From NCBI RefSeq assembly GCF_001598795.1, contig NZ_BCZP01000009.1, positions 210,001 through 242,000 of the forward strand: a DNA stretch of 32,000 nt. The letters run 5' to 3'. Positions 19,756-25,700 of this stretch are shown here, in pieces. The position numbers were made by a program, and so were the translations under genes. Positions within the stretch are counted from its first letter, which is position 1. The number at the start of each line of letters is the position of its first letter. Below the pieces are notes generated by a model. The model made no database searches, was not told the origin of the DNA, and saw only the letters and a list, made by a program, of their open reading frames with translations. The DNA comes from Delftia acidovorans NBRC 14950. Its GTDB lineage: Bacteria; Pseudomonadota; Gammaproteobacteria; Burkholderiales; Burkholderiaceae_C.

Positions 19756-20424
19756 ATGTCTGCGTTCCTGCAATACGCGTTTGGCTTTCCGACTTTCATC
19801 TTTGGCGCCTTGCTGCTGTTCATGCTGCTGTACTGGCTGATCGCCATGCTGGGCCTGCTGGAGGTGGACTCGCTGGACCATTGGGTGCTGTTCGACGGCA
19901 GCGACCATGCGCACGGCGTGGAGCATTCGGTCAGCGCGCTGGCCGGGCTGCTGCTCAAGGTGGGCCTGGGTGGCATTCCGCTCACGGTCATCCTCACCGC
20001 GCTGTTCCTGATGTCCTGGCTGGCCTCGTATGTGCTGTGCCATTTCGTGCCCATGCCGCAGGGCTGGACCCTGGTGAACCTGCTGACCGGCTCCCTGGTG
20101 GCAGCGGCAGCCATGGTGCTGGGCTTTGCCGCCACCGTGCTGCTGCTGCGCCCGCTGCGGGGCATCGTCAACAAGGTGGCGCCTGCAGAGGAGCCCAAGG
20201 TGCTGCTGGGCCGAACCGGCCTGGTGCGCAGCGCCGTGGTGGACGGCACGCAGGGCTACGGCAGTGTCGAGGACGGCGGCGCGGGCCTGAACGTGCAGAT
20301 GCGCTCGCCCGAGCGCGCACTGGGCCGGGGCACCGAGATCGTGCTCATCGAGCACCTGCCCGAGCACAACGCCTGGCGCGTGGTCAGCAAGGCCGAGTTC
20401 GACGGCACCGAGCTGCCGCGCTAG
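19756..20424 (+). CDS. YqiJ/DUF1449-like inner-membrane protein with NfeD-like C-terminal OB segment
   Basis: GGGGAGGGGAG SD. Several TM helices are present (FPTFIFGALLLFMLLYWLIAMLGLL, IPLTVILTALFLMSWLASYVL, LLTGSLVAAAAMVLGFAATVLLL). The soluble tail is GRTGLVRSAVVDGTQGYGSVEDGGAGLNVQMRS...GTEIVLIEHLPEHNAWRVV. It sits immediately upstream of a flotillin gene, as with E. coli yqiJ-yqiK. Confidence 0.8.
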   Translation: MSAFLQYAFGFPTFIFGALLLFMLLYWLIAMLGLLEVDSLDHWVLFDGSDHAHGVEHSVSALAGLLLKVGLGGIPLTVILTALFLMSWLASYVLCHFVPMPQGWTLVNLLTGSLVAAAAMVLGFAATVLLLRPLRGIVNKVAPAEEPKVLLGRTGLVRSAVVDGTQGYGSVEDGGAGLNVQMRSPERALGRGTEIVLIEHLPEHNAWRVVSKAEFDGTELPR

Positions 20425-20441
20425 TTCCGGGATTCCCACAA

Positions 20442-20483
20442 GGCCCGAGCGCCCGTTCGGCGGGCGCGGCCTTTCCGTTTTTT
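20442..20483 (+). terminator. Terminator-like hairpin plus T-tract inside the operon (possible attenuator)
   Basis: GGCC-CGA-GCGCCCG (20442-20455), loop TTCGG, CGGGCGC-GGCC (20461-20471), then TTTCCGTTTTTT (20472-20483). It lies between the yqiJ-like stop (20424) and the flotillin start (20523). Confidence 0.5.
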
Positions 20484-20522
20484 CAGCGTTTTCACAGATA
20501 GCAATTCACAGGGGAGATTCGC

Positions 20523-22598
20523 ATGAACATGAGCAACATGGAGTGGTACATCGTCGCCGGGGTGGTGATCGGTTCCGTCTTCGTCGTCATCCTCGGGCTG
20601 TTCGCCCTGGTCAAGGCCTTCTACATCAAGGTTCCACAGGGCACGGCGCTGATCATCAACGACACCACGTCGCAGCCCAAGGTCAAGTTCACGGGCGGCC
20701 TGGTGCTGCCGGTGATCCACAAGAAGGAGTTCATGCAGATCTCGCTGCTGACGCTGGAGATCGACCGGCGCGGCAAGGAAGGCCTGATCTGCCGCGACAA
20801 CATGCGCGCCGACATCACCGTGGCCTTCTACCTGCGCGTCAATGAAACGGCGGAAGACGTGCTCAAGGTGGCCAAGGCCATCGGCGTGGACCGGGCCTCG
20901 GACAAGACGGCCGTCAACGAGCTGTTCAACGCCAAGTTCTCCGAGGCGCTCAAGACCGTGGGCAAGCAGATCGAGTTCGTCAAGCTGTTCGAGAACCGCC
21001 AGGATTTCCGCGACCAGATCATCCATGTCATCGGCAACGACCTCAACGGCTATGTGCTGGAAGACGTGGCCATCGACTACCTGGAGCAGACGCCCAAGTC
21101 CTCGCTGGACCCCAACAACATCCTGGATGCCGAGGGCATCCGCAAGATCACCGAGCTGACGGCCAACCAGAACATCGTCACCAACGAGCTCGAGCGCAAC
21201 TCCGACCTGGCCATCACCAAGAAGAACGTGGAGACCAAGGAAGCCATGCTGGCGCTGGAGCGCCAGCAGGCCGATGCCGAGGCGCGCCAAAAGCGCGAGA
21301 TCGCCACCATCCAGGCGCGCGAGCAGGCCGAAACCCAGAAGGTGCAGGAGGAAGAGCGCCTGAAGGCCGAGCAGGCGCGCATCCAGACCCAGGAGCAACT
21401 GGACATCCGTGAGGAAAACCGCCAGCGCGAAGTGGCCGTGGCCCAGCAAAACCGTGAGCGTGCCGTGGTGATCGAGGTCGAGAAGGTCACGCGCGCCAAG
21501 GAGCTGGAGATCGTGGCCCGTCAGCGCGAGGTGGAGCTGCAGCGCATCGAGAAGGAAAAGGCCATCGAGGTCGAGAAGGCCAACATCGCCAACGTGGTGC
21601 GCGAGCGCGTGGTGGTGGAAAAGTCCGTGGCCCAGGAAGAGGAACGCATCAAGGAAGTGCGCGTGGTCTCCGAGGCCGAGCGCATGAAGCAGGTCACCGT
21701 GCTGACTGCCCAGGCCCAGGCCGAGGAAGACATGGTGCGCCAGGTCAAGAAGGCCGAGGCCGAAGAGGCTTCCTCGCGCCACAAGGCCGTGGAAGTCACG
21801 ACCATGGCCCAGGCCGAGCTGGAAGCGGCCAGCAAGACCGCCGAAGCGAAGAAGAAGCTGGCCGAGGCCATCGAGGTCGAGCGCGCCGCGCCCGGCCTGG
21901 CCGATGCCAAGGTGCGCGAAGTCACCGCCGCCGCCCTGGAAAAGGAAGGCCTGGCCCAGGCCCGCGTGATTGCCGAGAAGCTGATGGCCGAAGCCAAGGG
22001 CCATCAGGAAAAGGGCCTGGCCGAGGCGCGCGTCATCGAGGCCACGGCCGACGCCAACGAAAAGCAGGGCCTGGCCGATGCCAAGGTGCTGGAAGAGCGC
22101 CTGCTGGCCCAGGCGCGCGGCGAAGCCCAGGTGGGCGCCACCAAGGCCACGGTCACGCGCGACGTGGGCATGTCCGAGGCCGATGTGCTGCGCGACAAGC
22201 TCTTCGCCGAGGCCAAGGGCCTGACCGAGAAGTTCACCGCGCTGGCCTCGCTGTCCGACCAGGCGCGCTCGCATGAGGAGTTCCGCATGCAGCTGGAGAA
22301 GAACTTCGAGCAGGCGCTGGCCGCCATCGAAGCCAACAAGAGCGTGGCCAAGGACCAGTCCGAGGTGCTGTCGGCCGCACTCAGCAAGGCCAACATCGAC
22401 ATCGTGGGTGGCGAGGGAGCCTTCTTCGACAACTTCGCCAAGGCGCTGTCCGTGGGCAAGGCCGTGGAAGGCGTGGCGGGCAAGAGCCCCATCGTGCAGG
22501 ACCTGATCAGCAAGTTCCTCAGCGGCAAGGGCGGCGCATCGCTGCTGAACGCGCTGGGCGACGGCAAGGGCCTGCCGCCCACGCAGAGGGTCGACTGA
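20523..22598 (+). CDS. Flotillin-family SPFH/Band-7 protein (YqiK-like), 691 aa
   Basis: GGGGAG SD. N-terminal TM is WYIVAGVVIGSVFVVILGLFALV. The SPFH core includes YIKVPQGTALIINDTTS...LVLPVIHKKEFMQISLLTLEI...DNMRADITVAFYLRV. A long Glu/Ala/Lys/Arg/Gln-rich coiled-coil (EA-repeat) region follows, with four GLA(D/Q/E)A(K/R)V repeats. Confidence 0.93.
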   Translation: MNMSNMEWYIVAGVVIGSVFVVILGLFALVKAFYIKVPQGTALIINDTTSQPKVKFTGGLVLPVIHKKEFMQISLLTLEIDRRGKEGLICRDNMRADITVAFYLRVNETAEDVLKVAKAIGVDRASDKTAVNELFNAKFSEALKTVGKQIEFVKLFENRQDFRDQIIHVIGNDLNGYVLEDVAIDYLEQTPKSSLDPNNILDAEGIRKITELTANQNIVTNELERNSDLAITKKNVETKEAMLALERQQADAEARQKREIATIQAREQAETQKVQEEERLKAEQARIQTQEQLDIREENRQREVAVAQQNRERAVVIEVEKVTRAKELEIVARQREVELQRIEKEKAIEVEKANIANVVRERVVVEKSVAQEEERIKEVRVVSEAERMKQVTVLTAQAQAEEDMVRQVKKAEAEEASSRHKAVEVTTMAQAELEAASKTAEAKKKLAEAIEVERAAPGLADAKVREVTAAALEKEGLAQARVIAEKLMAEAKGHQEKGLAEARVIEATADANEKQGLADAKVLEERLLAQARGEAQVGATKATVTRDVGMSEADVLRDKLFAEAKGLTEKFTALASLSDQARSHEEFRMQLEKNFEQALAAIEANKSVAKDQSEVLSAALSKANIDIVGGEGAFFDNFAKALSVGKAVEGVAGKSPIVQDLISKFLSGKGGASLLNALGDGKGLPPTQRVD

Positions 22599-22701
22599 AC
22601 GGGGCGGCCGCCCGGCCGCTCCCTCCACCGGCTGCCCAGCCTCCCGCATCCGCCTTCCTCCGCCCGCCTGCCTGCCAGTCAGCTGGCCGGGGAGGGCGTG
22701 A

Positions 22702-25700
22702 ATGGTCCCTGACACGCGAAAGCCCGTGACGCCCATGTCCCAACCGTCCCCATCGTCTTCACAGTCCCTGTCCCCCGACACCGCGGCCTCCGCCGTGGAC
22801 CAGGCAGTCGCCAGCGGCGGCTCCTACGAAGTGCTGGCCAAGCGCCTTGACGGCCAGGGGCAGGCGCTGGAGACGCTGGCACGCCAGCTCAACGAGGAGC
22901 GGCTGGAGGAATTCGGCCGCAGCCAGATGGAAGTCATCGGGCGCATGCGCGTGCGCACCGAAAACAACTGCCTGGGCCGCGACATCGCCCAGGTCGGCGG
23001 CTACCTGCTGTTTGGCTACAACGTCTTCATGGGTCTGAAGCAGTCCACGCGCGTGGAGGACGTGTTCGTGCTGTACCGCCTGCACGAGGGACAGCAGGGC
23101 TACGAGGTCACGCCGGTCGATCTCAAGGACAGCTTTCTGGGCATACAGAGCTTCGTGCAGGACTTCCAGGAGCTGTACGCCTACTACAAGAACACCCGGC
23201 TGATGCAGCTGGCCGTGCGCGACGGCAAGCTGCTGGCGAGCTTTCAGATTGGCGAGCGCCTGTCCGATGTGCGCGTATTCCGCTGGTCCGTGCCCGTCGA
23301 TGGCCAGCCCATCCGCTACATAGACAACCGGGGCGAGCGCGATATCGAGCTGCCCGCACCGCATGACTTCGAGTGGCAGCGCGCCGGGCGCGAGCAGCTG
23401 GTGCAGGGGCGCCACCCGCACATCAACGTGCTGGACGGGGTCTTCGTCGAGACCCTGGGCGGCACGCTGACCATCAAGGTCGAGAACAACACCAACGACG
23501 GACTGGGCATCTACAGCGAGCCCGTGCAGGAGAAGAACCAGTCGCTGGACGACGCCGTGTTCGAGTACGCGGCCGTGGGCAGCCTGATCCTGCTGAAGAT
23601 CCTGCCCTACCGCGAAGAGCAGTGGCGCTACCTGATCTTCAACACCCTGTCGCGCCAGGTGCTGCGCATGGACGCCATCGGCGCGGCCTGCATCCAGCTG
23701 CCGCAGGACCACGGCATCATCTTCCCCGGCGGCTACTACCTGCAAAGCGGCGAGAACCGCTCGTTCGAGCAGAACATGCAGGGCATGCGCTACCGGCGCA
23801 GCATCCGCTCGCCCAACGGCGAGGATGTGCTCTACGTGTTCTACGAGCCCGAGAGCGGGCGCATGGCGCTGTTCAAGTACAACCTGATCGAGCGCGCCCT
23901 GCAGCCGCCCATCATCGGCCACGGCTATGCGCGCATGGACGACGGGCGCGTCGTCATCTTCGCGGCCGAGAGCAACGAGGCCTCGCGCGTGCACCCCATG
24001 CAGGTCTGGCGCACGCCCTTCGCCTCGGACGACTATGCGGCACGCCAGCCGCAGCGCGACAGCTTCCTGGGCCGCATCGGCAATGCCGAACTGGTCAGCG
24101 GCATCTCCGACCTGTACAGCGTGCGCAAGGAAATCGCGGCCACCGAGGTCTCGCTGCCGCGCTACGAGCGCCTGATCGACGCCGCGCGCCGCCTGTTCGA
24201 GCGCTACCACTGGCTGGGCGCGCCGCAGCTCAAGGGCGTGCACGAGACCCTGCTGGGCATTGTCGCCACGGGTGATGCGGTCATCGACGAGTACGAAAAG
24301 GTCGAGAGCATCCGCAACGCCTCGGCCAAGGCCATGGGCGAGGTTTCCAGCCGCCACGGCCAGTTGCTCAAGACACTGCGGCTGGCCGACTGGAAAAGCA
24401 TTGGCGAGTACGTGGACGCGCTCACCCAGCTGGGCCAGTTGCGCGGCCAGCTCATGGCCACGCGCGACCTGCGCTATGTGGACCAGGCCGCCATCGACAC
24501 CATGGTGCAGGGCGTCAACGAGGCCCAGGCCGAAGTCTCCCAGCGCACGGCCGCCTTCATTGCCACCGACGAGGCCATGCAGCCCTATGCCGATCAGCTG
24601 CAGGCACTGGACCAGGCCGCGCAGGCGGCAGCCACGGTGGCGCAGATCAACGAGCCGCTGGCGCGCATGGCCGACATGGCGGCTGCGCTGGACATGCTGT
24701 CCGAGCTCATGGGCAGCCTGTCCATCGACGACGCCACGCAGCGCACCCAGGTGGTGGATCGCATCTCGGCCGTCTACGCGCGCCTGAACCAGGTGCGTGC
24801 ACGCGCCGAGCAGCGCCGGTCTGGCCTGGGCGGCGCCGAGAACGTGGCCCAGTTCGCCGCCCAGCTGGCGCTGTTCTCGCAAAGCATCGTCAGCGCCCTG
24901 GGCCTGGCGCAGACGCCCGAGAAATGCGACGAGCAGCTGGCGCGCCTGCTGGTGCAGCTGGAGGAAATCGAAAGCCGCTTCGGCGAGCACGAGCAGTTCC
25001 TCGGCGACATCATGGCCAAGCGCGAGGAGGTGCTGGAGAGCTTCGAGGCGCGCCGCCAGTCGCTGCAGGACGAGCGCCAGCGCAAGGCGCAGGGCGTGCT
25101 GGACGCGGCGCTGCGCATCGTGCAGAGCCTGCCCAAGCGCACCGAGAAACTGGCCAGTGCCGACGCGCTGCATGCGTTCTTTGCAGGCGATCCGCTGATC
25201 GGCAAGCTCAAGGAGCTGGCCCAGCGCCTGCGCGAGCAACTGCATGACCCGGTCAAGGCCGACGACATCGACGGCCGCGTCAAGAACCTGCGCGACCAGG
25301 CGTTTCGCGCGCTGCAGGACCGCACCGAGCTGTACGAAGGCGACGGCGCCATCATTCGCCTGGGCCGCCACCGCTTCAGCGTGGGCAACCAGGAGCTGGA
25401 CCTGACCCTGCTGCCGCGCAACGGCGAACTGTTCCTGCATCTGGTCGGCACCGAGTATTTCGAGCCCATGGACAACCCGGAGCTGGCCGCCCTGCAGGCC
25501 TACTGGGATGCCTCCACGCCGGCCGAATCGCCGCAGTTCTACCGGGGCGAATACCTGGCGCTGGAAGTGGTGCTGGCTGCGCGCCAGCGCCGTGACGGCT
25601 GGAGCGAGGCCCGGCTGGCCCAGTTGCTGCCCGACGAGGCGGCGCTGACCCAGGCCATCCGCGAATTCTCCGCGCCGCGCTACCGCGAAGGCTATGAGCG

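Noticed and set aside
20421-22781. 786-aa minus-strand ORF opposite the flotillin gene
   Set aside because: It is antisense to a clear SPFH/flotillin protein. The translation is repetitive (LGLG, HLGL, LLGL runs) and mirrors the EA-repeat coding strand, with no motifs.
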